From Chiloscyllium plagiosum (Eukaryota), in assembly GCF_004010195.1 (NCBI RefSeq), contig NC_057746.1, positions 6,889,747 to 6,953,746 on the forward strand: DNA of 64,000 bases, in the 5' to 3' direction. Both the position numbers and the translations under genes were made by a program. Of the stretch, positions 35,475 to 48,484 are shown in pieces. A model generated the notes under the pieces. It was not told where the DNA came from. It ran no database searches and saw only the letters and a program-made list of their open reading frames with translations. Position 1 is the stretch's first letter; every line of letters starts with the position of its first letter.

Positions 35475-37350
35475 GATAGAACATAGAACATTACAGAACA
35501 GTACAGGCCCTTCGGCCCTCAATTTTGCACCGATCTGTGGAACCAATCTAAAGCTTATCTAACCTACACTATTCCATTCACATCCATATGTTTACGCAAT
35601 AATCATTTAAATGCCCTTAAAGTTGGCGAGTCTACTACTGTTGCAGGCAGTGCGCTCCAAGCCCCTACTATTCTCTGAGAAAAGAAACTACCTCTAACAT
35701 CTGACCTATATCTATCACCCCTCAATGTAAAGCTATGCCCCCTTGTGCTCGCCGTCACCATACTTGGAAAAAGGCTCTCCCTGTCCACCCTATCTAACCT
35801 TCTGATTATCTTATATGTCTCTATTAAGTCACCTCTCAACCTTCTTCTCTCTAACAAAAACAGCCTCAGGTCCCTCAGCCTTTTCTCATAAGACCTTCCC
35901 TCTGTACCAGACAACATCCTGGTAAATCTCCTCTGCACCCTTTCCAAAGCTTCCACATCCTTCCTATAATGTGGTGACCAGAAACCAATACTCCAAGTGC
36001 AGCCACATCAGAGTTTTGTACAGCTGTAGCATGACCTCATGGTTCTGAATTTCAATCCCCCAACTAATAAAAGCTGTGCCTTCTTAACAACCCTATCAAC
36101 CTGGTGAGCAACTTTCAAGGATCTGTGTATCTGGACACCGAGATCTCTCTGCTCATCTACACTACCAAGAATATTACCATTAGCCCAGTACTTTGCATTC
36201 AATATAAGGGGCAGAGCCTTTTCATACAGGACAGTTCATCTCTCTTCCCTCCCTCAATCTCTCTGCCTCTCTCACTCTGGACAATTTTAGGTTCGGTCAT
36301 TCCCCCACCTCTCCCCTTCCCTGTCCCCTTCCCTAAGCCCCACCCTCTGAACCCCATCCCTAATTCCCAAAGGATAGTGTCAGGGTGTTTCTAACTTGTG
36401 GGAGAATCTGTAACTAGGGGTCATTGTTGAAAACTCAGGGGTTTGCTCATTTAGTGAGTTTGCAGATGACAGCAAAATCGACGGTGTAATGGACAGTGAA
36501 GAAGGTTATCGAAGAGCACAACAGCACCTTGATCAGATGGGCCAATGGGCTGAGCAGGAGCAGATGGTGTTTAATTCAGATAAATGTAAGGTGCTGCATT
36601 TTGGAAAAGCAAATCAGAGCAGGACTTATACACTTAATGGTAAGATCCTACGGAGAGTTGCTGAACAAAGAGACTTAGGGGTGAAGGTGTATAGTTCCTT
36701 GGAAGTGGAGTCGCAGGTAGATAGGATAGTGAAGCAGGTGTTTGTTATGCTTCCCTTTACTGGTCAGAGTATTGAATATGGGAGTTGGGAGGTCATGTTG
36801 CAGCTGTACAGGACATTGGTGAGGACATGTTTGGAATACTGTGTTCAATTCTGGTCTCCCTGCTGTAGGAAAGATGTTGTTACACTTGAAGGAGTTCAGA
36901 AAAGATTTACAAAGATTGGAGGGTTTGAGCTATAGGGAGACGCTGAATAGGCTGGAAGTGTTTTCCCTGGAGTGTCAGAGGTGGAGGGGTGACCTTATAG
37001 AGGTTTATAAAATCACAAGGGACATGGATAGGTGAATAGCCAAGATCCTTTTCCCAGGGTAGCAAAGTCCAAAACAGGAGGGCATAGGTTTAGGGTGAGA
37101 GGGGAAAGATTTAAAAGTGACCTAAGGGGCAGCTCTTTCACCCAGAAAGTGGTGTGTGTATGGAATGAGCTGCCAGAGGAAGTGGTGGAGGCTGGTACAA
37201 TTACAGCATTTAAAGGGCATCTGGGTATGTAAATAGGAAGGGTTTACAGGGACATGGGCCAAATGCTGGCAAGTGAGACTGAGATGCCTGGTCAGTGCAG
37301 ATAAGTTGGATCGAAGGGTTTACCCCTGTGCTGTATGACTCTATGATTCC
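35475..37350. mobile_element. Two back-to-back CR1 3' fragments (35475-36205 minus; 36450-37350 plus)
   Basis: LERVQRRFTRML...RGDLIETYKI and FADDSK...CKVLHFG...LEYCVQFWSP, each with its tail. Confidence 0.9.
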
Positions 37351-40008
37351 AAGACCCCATTTCAAACAGAGATGGGGAGAAATCTGAAACAAAAGCAGAA
37401 ACTGCGGACAATACTCAGTAGATCTGGCAGCATCCATGACTTGCCCAGTTTCCCCAGTAATCTGTGTCTCTGTTTCAGATCTGCACCATCCTGCAGTTGG
37501 TCATTGATCCTGGGGACAGATCTGTTCTCTCACAGGGTCATGTGTCTTTACAGCTCTCCCTGTGCAGAGTCTTTCAGTCCTGTTTAAGACCAAGGNNNNN
37601 NNNNNNNNNNNNNNNNNNNNNNNNNNNNNNNNNNNNNNNNNNNNNNNNNNNNNNNNNNNNNNNNNNNNNNNNNNNNNNNNNNNNNNNNNNNNNNNNNNNN
37701 NNNNNNNNNNNNNNNNNNNNNNNNNNNNNNNNNNNNNNNNNNNNNNNNNNNNNNNNNNNNNNNNNNNNNNNNNNNNNNNNNNNNNNNNNNNNNNNNNNNN
37801 NNNNNNNNNNNNNNNNNNNNNNNNNNNNNNNNNNNNNNNNNNNNNNNNNNNNNNNNNNNNNNNNNNNNNNNNNNNNNNNNNNNNNNNNNNNNNNNNNNNN
37901 NNNNNNNNNNNNNNNNNNNNNNNNNNNNNNNNNNNNNNNNNNNNNNNNNNNNNNNNNNNNNNNNNNNNNNNNNNNNNNNNNNNNNNNNNNNNNNNNNNNN
38001 NNNNNNNNNNNNNNNNNNNNNNNNNNNNNNNNNNNNNNNNNNNNNNNNNNNNNNNNNNNNNNNNNNNNNNNNNNNNNNNNNNNNNNNNNNNNNNNAATCT
38101 CTTTATGAGCCACAATAGGATAGGTGATAGCCTACTGGCATTGTTGCTAGTCTATTAATCCAGAGATCCAGAGAATGTCCTGGGGGCATAGTTCGAATCC
38201 GACGGGCAGATGTTGGAAGTTGAATTCAGTTAAAATGAAAATTTGGAGTTTCGATCATAGAATCCCTACTTTGTGGAAGCAAGCCATTTGCCCAATTGAG
38301 TCCATGCTGACCTCAGAAGATTGAGAGCAATCCCCCCACCCTCCCAGACCCACCCACTCCCTGCAATGCTGAATTTATCTTGGCGAATCCAACGAGCCTG
38401 TACACTATCTCTGCACAGTATGAGCAATGTAGCAGGCCAATCCACCTAACCTGCACATGTTGGACTGTGGGAGGAAAATGGAATACTTGAAAGAAACTCA
38501 AGCAGACATGAGGAAATATTGCAAGCTCCACACAGACAGTCGCCCGAGTTTGGAAATGAACAGAGGTCCCTGATACTTTGAGGCATCAGTTCTAGTCACT
38601 GAGATACTGTGCTGCTCCTATGTGCCAGCGTCTAATATTCACCATGAAGTCGTTGTTGGAAAACCCACGTGTTTCAATAAAGCCCTTTAAGGAAGGAAAC
38701 AGCTTGTTGTACCTGGCCAACACCTGACCTCAGACTCACAACAATGTGATTTGATCGTTAGCAGCACAGTACCCAATTAAGGATTGGAAATGAATGCTGG
38801 CTTGGCCAGCGATGCTCATAGCCTGTAAATGAATTAAAAGAAGAGTTCGAACCATCTGCCCAGTAAAACTCAGGAATGTGACTCAATGTTCATTCTTTAT
38901 TAGATGGCAGCGTCAACACCGCTCAGGAAACTTGATGCCATCCACAACAGCATTGCTTGATTGCCATCTTCGCCATTGGTTTTAACATTGTCCCCTCCGT
39001 CACTGTGTCACAGTGGCACCAACTGATACAATGTGCAAGTTATAATGCAGGAAATGCCATTTGAAGATTCAGAGGGTATCTTACATGCATGCCCATGGCT
39101 TTTAGTACCAAGAAAGGCTACAGCAGAAAACCCATGACAGAAAAAAAACATAATTCAGACATTCGACGCCAGACTGCTGATGATGGGAAAGTGCAAGCAT
39201 TTTGACGTTCACTCACTATTACAATGTCAAAAACATTACAATTTCCATTGTAATCAGAATCTGGGCTACTCAAAAGCATGCACTGCAGTGACTCATATTC
39301 TCACAAGAGTATTCAATGAAAGTGAAAAAAAACGTTTTGCATGTCAGTGACGATCAAATGAATACATTTCATTACAATGAGGCGAGGAAATTGGATTTAA
39401 TGTTGAGTATATAAGATAAAAATCCCTGACTGGCTTTAGTGAATAGCCGGACTGCCAAAAAGCAAACCGAACCAGAATAAGCTGAGCTGGGAGAACTGGC
39501 CACTCCCCTGTCATTGTACAAGTTATTTTTAAAACAGGCTTTTTCCAGAGGCAGTGTCTGTTCGCTATAATCAAACTGGCCCAGAAAGCCATTCAAGCCA
39601 TGACTTTTCAGAATCTGTGTCTTTTACGATCACGCTGAAAAAATTGGACAACATAACCCTGTTAAAGGAGCAGCATCAGCACAACAGGTAGGAAAATGCT
39701 TAATAGAAAACATGAATGGTGAATGATCGAATAGCTGTGGATGTCAGCTTAGTCCTCCAGCCTTCTATTTGTACATCCAGTGATGATGCCATGAATTGAG
39801 TTTCAGTGACGCTGTTGTACATTTAGAGAAATTCTATGTCTGTGATCACATGAATTTTATTTCTCTGTTGAATTATGCTATACCTTTTACTGATCGATAT
39901 AGACAGTAATTAGATCAGAACGATAAAATATCGCAATCACAAATGATCAGTGTAAGGATAAACGTTCACAGAGAATAGTGACGACAAAACATCCATTAAC
40001 TGACTTAC

Positions 40009-40078
40009 CAGACACACCAAAAATGGCAAGAATAGGGTAATATAGTTGTTCTATCTGAGTAATTATTGCAGTTCTCAT
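40009..40078 (-). CDS. Exon 1 of a second GPR139-like GPCR (exon 2 not visible)
   Basis: MRTAIITQIEQLYYPILAIFGVS+G then gtaagt; same 70-bp length, phase and YYP..A..GV motif as 60273-60342. Confidence 0.8.
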
Positions 40079-43024
40079 TGCTTTGAAGTCAAGGAATTAG
40101 GTTTAAGAAAGTTCAGATAAAATCTGCTCACAAGACACAGTCCTGTAAGTGTAGATGATTGTAACTGTACATATACATCTGAGGGAGGTCTGGAGAGATA
40201 ATGAGAATTGACACAAATGCGATTGTCTGATTACTTTATCCCCAAGGTAATGTCTTCATTTTGACACAAATATCTACAACCTGATGAAATTCAGTCTGGG
40301 ACTTTTCTACTCACTTTTGTTTTTGGTGTTTGCATTCCGAAAGATATCCATTGGCAATGGCCTGTTTATTAACAGAGTAATGTGATGCTACAATTCAGAT
40401 TTCCAAACAACAGTACATCAGTATTCTTTGATGTTTTACTGAGTGTTGAATAAATTCAAGTATGTTTAATTTGTTTAAATATTCTTTCAAATATTAAATG
40501 ATATGGGTGATATGGTGGCACTGTGGTTAGCACTGCTGCCTCACAGTGCCAGAGACCCGCGTTCAATTCCTGCCTCAGGCAACTGTCTGTGTGGAGTTTG
40601 CACACTCTCCCAGTGTCTGTGTGGGTTTCCTCCGGGTGCTCCGGTTTCCTCCCACAGTCCAAAAATGTGCTGGTTGGGTGAATGGGCCTTGCTAAATTGT
40701 CCGTGGTGTTAGGTGAAGGGATAAATGCAGTGGAGTGGGTCTGGGTGGGTTGCTCTTCGGAGGGTCGGTGTGGACTTGTTGGGCCAAAGGACCTGTTTCC
40801 ACACTGTAAGTAATCTAATCATTAACAGTTCACGAATGTGATATTGTTCTCATTTCGTTATTCATTTCTGGATGTGTCCCTTCATACATCTGATGTCCCC
40901 AGTCAGTCAGAAGCATTACAGGACACAATGAACCCCGAAGAAATCTGAACACTGACACTGAAAGACAGTCTCTTGGTGCCACGACAGCATTGTAGTGGAT
41001 GAGGGCCATTACCTGCACAGTCATCAACTCCAGATCACCCTAGTCCTGGTACGAGATAGATTATCTAACAAGATGCATTTCCAATCCCTCCTGTTTGAGA
41101 ATGCATAATTCTTGCAGAAAGACAACTACTTGATCTTTATCAATTATATTATTGCCAGTTGTTTGTCAGGCGAAAACATATTTTAGGAGCCCTGACTGTG
41201 TCTCAGCCCTAGTCTTTCTCTCCATGTGTAGATACTCTGTTTGGTTGACCATTATAGCCAAGTCCCTGTTTGCCACTCAATTACCTTTTCATATTCCATG
41301 CAATACTTAGATTTCCCTTGCATGGTAAGTGACAGTGGTTTCTCATGATATCTATTTGATCCTACTAATATTTCCACCACAGTCTGACTCGTTTAGCCTG
41401 ATTTAAAATTACAATATCAGCCTGACCGTTGTCTTGAGTGTCCTGTTTCTGCTTCACTTAATTCTCCGTATTCCTTCAAACAAAAGTTTGGCATTGATTT
41501 GTCTCTCTTATGGCAATAATTGGAGAGCGCTTGAAAGTCTAATCTTTACAGACAGCCACTTGTTCAATTGCAGTTCTTTTCTGGGTAACTTTGAGTCCAA
41601 TTTGTTCAACTGTTATTCAATCCTAAACCCGTTTTAATTCGTCTCCTTCAGCTTCATAACAAATAATGTCCTATGAAATTTTGATTATGATTTGCCTCCC
41701 ATTTCTCCAACATCTTACTGATATATCACCTGGTATATCACCTGGCCAATGTTCTGAAGTTCCAGGCTAATTCTTTGAGAATCTATGTCCAAATCCCAGC
41801 AAAGCACTTTCTCGAATTAAATCAAAATCATTGGATATGCATGGATTTAAAAGTCAGTGCAATAATTTCCATGAAACTATCATTAAATTACATTCATATT
41901 TTGAGAGAGGCATTCTGCTTTTCTTCCTAGGTGTAGGCATGTACAATTAAAGTCCATAGTGATGTCTGTTCAATGAATTCACGACAAATCGCTTTGTTGC
42001 ATGTGGTTGCTTATGGTGGTCAATAAATGCTGCCTGAGTTTGTGCTCCTCACATTAGATAAACAAAGGATGTATCAATATGTTGACAGTTAAAGCATATC
42101 TTGCAAACAGTGATAACAATTTAGTGCAGTGAGAAGTTCGAACAGAGGAGAAATGTGACTCACACGTTTAATCCTAATGTTAGCTACCACTGACTTGGAC
42201 AGAAATAATTGTAAAGCAAACTTGTGAAGTTTGTGTTGATCTGCTCACAGAAACAGGCAGTGTAACTCAGAGCAACTGTCTCAACTTTGAGCCTTAAATA
42301 ATGAATACAAAGAGACAGACAAGTCCACATCTGAAATTAGAGGAATGGATGGAAGGAAAGAGATCATGAGATCCTTGGAATGAGTCGAATGTGCAATGGA
42401 TTGCGGTAATTAAAACACAGCAGAACAGACAGTCCGAAGAAGGTGCTCGGGTCCACATTATGGATTTATACCACTTAATTAATACCAATTCATCATCGAT
42501 GCTCAGCGATAGGGTTGTATTCCTTCCATAGGATCTGCTGCAGGAATTCACTGTGGCTCCATCGAAGTCAATCCCACGCCAGCGATTGTTACTATCTGGA
42601 AGGACAAAGGCAGTGGATTCATGTGAATATCACCATCTGCAGGTTCCTCTCCGTGGAACTAAATCACCTTTCCTTCACTGCAACCAGCTTAAAATGCAGG
42701 ATTGGGTAGACCTGTGGCACATAGACTGCGCGACTCAGCAAGAATCCAGAAATGTGTGAAGTAGTGTTGTGTCTGTGAGCGATTGGCTTGGAATAATTTT
42801 TTCGAGCCAGGAGTGTAGGTCGCATCTGAGTGTTCTGAAAAGAAGAGCAGAAGTCTAACATGGATATGTTGTACATGATTTCCAGTCAATGATATGTAGC
42901 TAGGACATTCTGAAAATCAGTAATGCAGGCCAGTCAGGTCAGTGAATTTCTGCAAGTCATCTCTATCTTGAAGAAAACGTTGAATAGATTTTGGTGCTAA
43001 GCAGAAATACAGATACGCAGCTCC

Positions 43025-43365
43025 AAAATGAATGAGCGGTGCACGAAGCAGCGACAATCTGACTGAGCAGCGCTTAAAACAACCTCAAAGTGAGATCAGT
43101 GCATTAAACATTCGGGATGTGACTGAACAGCTTGTTGAGCAGTGTCAAGCGACTGACCAGTGTATTACAACGTGCCAATGTTACTGAACAATGCAATAAA
43201 CTGTGTCAATGCAGTTGAGCCATGAATTGGCAGCACTGGTGTGACTGAGCAGCACGTTAGAAGCATTAATATGACTAAATAGTGCACGAAACAGCACCAA
43301 TATGACTGAGGAATAGATCAAACAGCGTCAATGTGACTGAGTAATGCATTAAACAACGTCAAATA
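43025..43365. repeat. Old degenerate about 30-bp tandem repeat
   Basis: Consensus approximately aaacagcgtcaatgtgactgagcagtgcatt, about 11 copies. Confidence 0.7.
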
Positions 43366-43539
43366 GATGAAGCCAGTCTGACTCGGGATCTACTTTCTTT
43401 TGCTCACTATTGTGTGCCATATGTCATTTCTGTGCATCTAATTTCCAGATGAGGCACTTCCTTGCACATTAATATGTTTTGTAACTATTTCCCGTTTAAA
43501 CATGAGAAACTCCCTTAACATTGCTTTCTTTGTGTTGAC

Positions 43540-43940
43540 AATCTGTTTGAGAGAACGCTGCCACTTTTTAACCTGAAGATCTTATGACCTTTGGGAGCCT
43601 ACAACCACACGGATTAACATTGAATTCGCCAGTTTCTATATGCACCCAACCCCCACCCCATCCCAGATCCAACCCTCTGACTGAGCACTGCCCTCTTGAC
43701 CTGACCTATCGTCCCCTTTCCTTCACCCTATCCACTCCACACTTCCCACCGACCTATCACAGTCACCTCCTATCTGCATCCACGTCGCGCCCTTGCACTA
43801 CCCTTTCCACCGATTTATTTCTCAGCCGCCTTTCCCTACATAGTCCTGATGAAGGGTCATTCCTGAAATGTCGACTCTCGTGCTCCTTGGATTCTGCCTT
43901 TCCTGCTGTACTTTTTCCAGCACCACATTTTATCCACTCA
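43540..43940 (+). mobile_element. 3' end of a Penelope-like element terminating in the family-1 hammerhead module
   Basis: Decayed GSLQPHG(I)NIEF C-terminal motif, pyrimidine-rich UTR, then agtc-CTGATGA...GAAA-T-GTC-gact (43842-43876) and the family-1 tail. Confidence 0.65.
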
Positions 43941-44169
43941 CACCGTGATGCATCCGGGAAGTATACTTTCCATAGTACTACTATAAAAGTTAGTCAGAGT
44001 CTTTAAAGACATGCCGAATTTCCTTAGCCTCCTGAGGAATTAAAGCATTGTTGTTATTTCTTGACCATCTGTTAACCAGGGAACCTGATGAACTCGACAA
44101 TCTCCACCTCAACACCACTGATGCAGACTGGGGCGTGCCCTCCATCTTGGTTCCTGAATTCAATATTGG

Positions 44170-45620
44170 AATAGTTAAGGGGAAAGCTGTTCGATATAAG
44201 AAAACTTATGAACAGAATGAAAGTTTACATAGAGAAAATGAGCAGTTGCGTGCAGAGAGGGCAAGGTTATGTGGAAAACTGGCAGAACAGGAGCAATGGA
44301 GTCAGATAAACGTGTTGCACACGGTTCAGTTTCTGACTCCATGGAAGAAGGCTTACCAAGAACACTGGAGCACATACAGTGAAACAGATAGTGTACAACA
44401 TGCTGTCAAAGAGCTGAATGAAAAACGCATGAACTTACAGGCTGGTGGCCAAGTTTTGTGTCAAGCAGGCAGATAAAATAGGATCATTTTGGCTGATCAC
44501 TCGAAGTGCCATTATGAGATTCATTAACTAAACTCCCATCTGTCTATACAGAAAGGAATGATGTGTGTATTTGGGAGAGTTCAGTCTGAGTGAGATGGTG
44601 ATTACAGACTGGACTGGGGGAGAGCTCGAAAAGAAAGCCGGTGTTATGCAGTACTTGGTGATGTTTGGGAACCCCCATCTCCCTTTCAGGCAGCAATGAT
44701 TCGCTCAGCATCCCCAGCATCGGCCCCTTGCCTGAATGGATCCAGTGACTACTAGTTACATGGAATGTGAGGACTTGCAATCAATCACCTATACAACTGT
44801 TGTCTATGGTAATGCAGTGAGAGAAAATTGGATCTCCACTTTTGCACCCACTGCAGACCCTTCTGTGTTTTTTGAAATCACTTGTCAGCAACGACATTGG
44901 CTTAATGGTAGAGAAAAAGCAAAATGAACGCTAACACGTGTGTCAACGTTGCAATTCAGTTTGCTTCACGCACTTCTCTGTGTGAAGGGGGAGGGCAATC
45001 AGAAGATATGAACGAAGCTATACTAACTGCGAATGGGTTATAACAGGGCCATCCAGTAGAAGGTTTAAATGGGTCAAGGTAAACAATAGGGAAGTATCCG
45101 AGTGGATATGAAAGACAGTTGTGTATTCATTTTACTCAGGTTTTTGAGGATAGGGATCGTAGCAGGTTAACTGGAAAGGATAGTTCTAATTGATGAGACA
45201 TTTAGTAGCGCTGGTTGGAATGGGGCAAGAAGTTGCATGAGAATTTTGACCCCAAAACATAGCACACATTATGACATGTGGTTGGTAAGCTTAATGATTC
45301 AGGCTCGGTAAAAGGATGATAAAGGGGTGCATAAAAGCAAAGGGAATAAGAGTAGGAACTGATTCCTGTAACAGGGTCAGTGTGGAGAAATGAAGGAGGC
45401 AGAGGAAAAAATTGTGATGCTAATCTGTGAGGTTTCCTGCCTCCATATACAGTGCCTGTGGGTGGCAGTAGAGGTGAACCACAAGGGCACATTGGAGCTC
45501 AGGTGCATTGTTGTAATTGCCTTCGACTAGGTCACTTCATTTGGAATTGTAGAGCACTTTGCCAGTACCCACATACACAGGCACAGAGACAAGGACAGGC
45601 ACAAGAACAAAGAAAGTAGA
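44170..45620 (+). mobile_element. Decayed LTR-element gag
   Basis: Coiled-coil frame (ENEQLRAERARL...) and CX2CX4HX4C knuckle CCNCLRLGHFIWNC at about 45509-45550. Confidence 0.65.
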
Positions 45621-46555
45621 CTCATAGAATCACGCAGTTCAATTGGTCCACACCAACCTGATATGCTAAAAAGAATTATCCCCATTGATCGCATTTGGCC
45701 CATATCCCTCTAAACACTTCCTATCCATGTTGCTGTCGAAATGTCTTTCAAGCATTATATTGTACCGGTCTCCACCACTTCCTTTAGCAGCTCGTTCCAT
45801 ATACACACCAGCCTGGTTGTGAAACTGTTGCCTCTCTGTTCTTTTTTAAATCTTCCCCCTCTCAATTTAAACCAATGGCCTCTAGTTTTGGGTTCCTTTA
45901 CAATGAGAAAAAAACCCCCTTGCCTATTCACCTTATCTATGCCCCTCAAGATTTTATAAACCTCCATAAAGTCACCTATCAGTCGCCAATGCTCCAGGGC
46001 AAAACATACTTCATGGAGCAGGGCAACAAAAATTGTAAGCACTATTCCAAAATTGGTCTCACCAATGTGGTGTACAGCTGCAACATGGTTTCTCATGTCA
46101 ATCCTAAACGCACTGACCAATGAATGCCTTCGTTACTATTTACCGGCAACACCAATTGCAAGGAGCTATTGTTATGGACCAGGCCAGACTCCCTCAAAAC
46201 GTTTCAAGAAGGTAGACCAGACCTTAGCTCTTCTACTTGTTTTAATCAGGTTTGAAAGGATATTCCAAGAGTGATGCCACTGGCCTAAATACACAGTTTT
46301 GTTATAAAAACAAGAGTTATTTGCAAGTTTCCCTAATGAAACGCGAACAAAAGTGAACAAAATATCGAATAACTTAGGTATTTAAAAACTCAATCAAATC
46401 TCTTGCAACTTCACCATGCTGTTCCAAGTCCTTGCGAGAACACCATGAAAATCCCTGAGGAAAGAAAAAGGTAAAATCAAACACAAGATCTAACAGGAGG
46501 GAGAGAGAGGAGGGGGCAGCAGGGAGACACAGCATGGAATACCTTCTTCCATGTA

Positions 46556-46872
46556 AGATTAGATTAGATTACATTACAGTGTGGAAACAGGCCCTTCGGC
46601 CCAACAAGTCCACACCGACCCACCGAAGCGCAACCCACCCATACCCCTACATTTACCCCTACCTAACACTACGGGCAATTTAGCATGGCCAATTCACCTG
46701 ACCTGCACATCTTTGGACTGTGGGAGGAAACGGAGCACTCGGAGGAAACCCACGCAGACACGGGGAGAAGGTGCAAACTCCACACAGTCAGCCGCCTGAG
46801 GCGGGAATTGAACTCGGGTCTGCGGCGCTGTGAGGCAGCAGTGCTAACCGCTGGGCCACTGTGCCGCCCACC
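46556..46872 (-). mobile_element. HE1-type tRNA-derived V-SINE; other copies at 15985-16335(-), 24360-24601(+), 24900-25330(-), 27795-28050(-), 38258-38620(-), 40510-40820(+), 49511-49828(-), and a fragment at 21843-21906
   Basis: A/B-box head, conserved gtgtggagtttgcac...gcgtgggtttcctcc core and (taatc)n tail. Confidence 0.9.
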
Positions 46873-48280
46873 GTAACTGTTTCTTTGACCAGTAGACTCA
46901 CACAGATTGCTTGCTAACCTCAAAACCAAACCAAACCAGAGCAAAGCTGAGCTGGGAGAACTGGCCACTCCCTCTTCATTGGACAAGTGTTCATTGTAAA
47001 CGCTTGAAAACATTTCGCCTGAGGCAATATCTGTTATCTATAATCAAATTGGCCCTAAAATCCATGTAAACCAGACCTCCCGTAACTTATATGTTTACGA
47101 CACCTCTGAAAACAAACCAAGGACAACATAACCTTGTTTAAGAAGCAGCAGCATCACACCCCCCCCCTTCAAAAAATGAACCATCAATATCCAAAGACGG
47201 CTTCAGTTTTAAACTCCATAATATTTAATTGTTTGTACACTGCAACATCAATATACATTACATTGACTATAAATATGCAAACATGTAATCTAAATTCCAT
47301 TCCATCTTGTTTTACTCCCACCATCGAATACTTCCCCTTCTCATCCAAGTCTTGACAATGCATTGGCAATCACGTTTTCTCGTCCTACCACATGTACAAT
47401 TTTCAAATTAAATAGCTATAACAACAAGCTCCATCTAAACAGCCTAGAAGTTTTTGTCTTTACATTTTTCCGCAAACTTCAATGGGTTATGATCAGTATA
47501 TATGATTGTCTCAGTTATGTTACTGATAACATAAATATTGAAGGTTGTAACACTGACACCAAGCTCAAAGTCTCCTTCTCAATTGTCGAATGTTTCTGCT
47601 GATGAATGCTCAATTCCCAGGAAAAATACCCCTTAGGTCTTTGGATCTTCTCGTCATCTTCCTGTCAAAGCACAGCACCGACACCCACATCACTTGCATT
47701 GATAGCCACCTTGAATGGCTTCACATAATTCGGTGTGGCAGTGGTTAACACAGCTTTCAGGCTGTCAAATGACTTCTGCCAGTTCACTATCCACTGAAAC
47801 TTCTTGTCTTTCTTTAGTAATTCAGTGAGTGAAGCAGCCACACTGCTAAAGTATGGTACGAACGTTTGATAAAAGCCACTCCATTCCAGGAATTGTAGCA
47901 TGGCTGTTTTTGTCGATGGCATGGGAAACTCCTGAATGATCTTTGTGTTTGCATTCCGTGGTGCCATCTGTCCACGTCTAATAACATTGCCCAAGAAAGT
48001 GACTTGCACTTTGGCAAATGTATGTTTAGCCAGGTTTATCACAAAGCATGTCCCCCGAAGTCGATCAAACAATTTTGATAAATGTTGCAAATGTTCCTTC
48101 CATGTGTGAATGAAAATCATCAGGTCATCCAATATATACGACACAATTGGGTAATCTGGAATGTCCTTACTGGTTAGTTTCTGAAATGTGGCTGGGGCAT
48201 TTTTCATACTAAATAGCATGAATGTAAATTGATATAATCTATTCGGCTTTACAAAAACAGAATTGTCTTCACTCTTTTGG

Positions 48281-48484
48281 GAGAAAGTGAGGACTGCAGA
48301 TGCTGGAGATCAGAGCTGAAAAATGTGTTGCTGGAAAAGCGCAGCAGGTCAGGCAGCATCCAAGGAGCAGGCGAATCGACGTTTCGGGCATAAGCATTCC
48401 TGAAGAAGGGCTTATGCCCGAAACGTCGATTCTCCTGCTCCTTGGATGCTGCCTGACCTGCTGCACTTTTCCAGCAACACATAT
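48281..48484. mobile_element. Family-1 hammerhead element, inverted (fold-back) form, 13-bp TSD; duplicate at 51236-51439
   Basis: TSD ttc(a/g)ctcttttgg at 48268-80/48485-97; intact core CTGAAGA-A-GGGC-TTAT-GCCC-GAAAC-GTC at 48400-48427; about 70-bp inverted arms. Confidence 0.85.

Noticed and set aside
47665-48219. 184-aa RT-like ORF as a functional or domesticated gene
   Set aside because: Part of a frameshifted Gypsy pol interrupted by an insertion; its twin is due to the tandem duplication.
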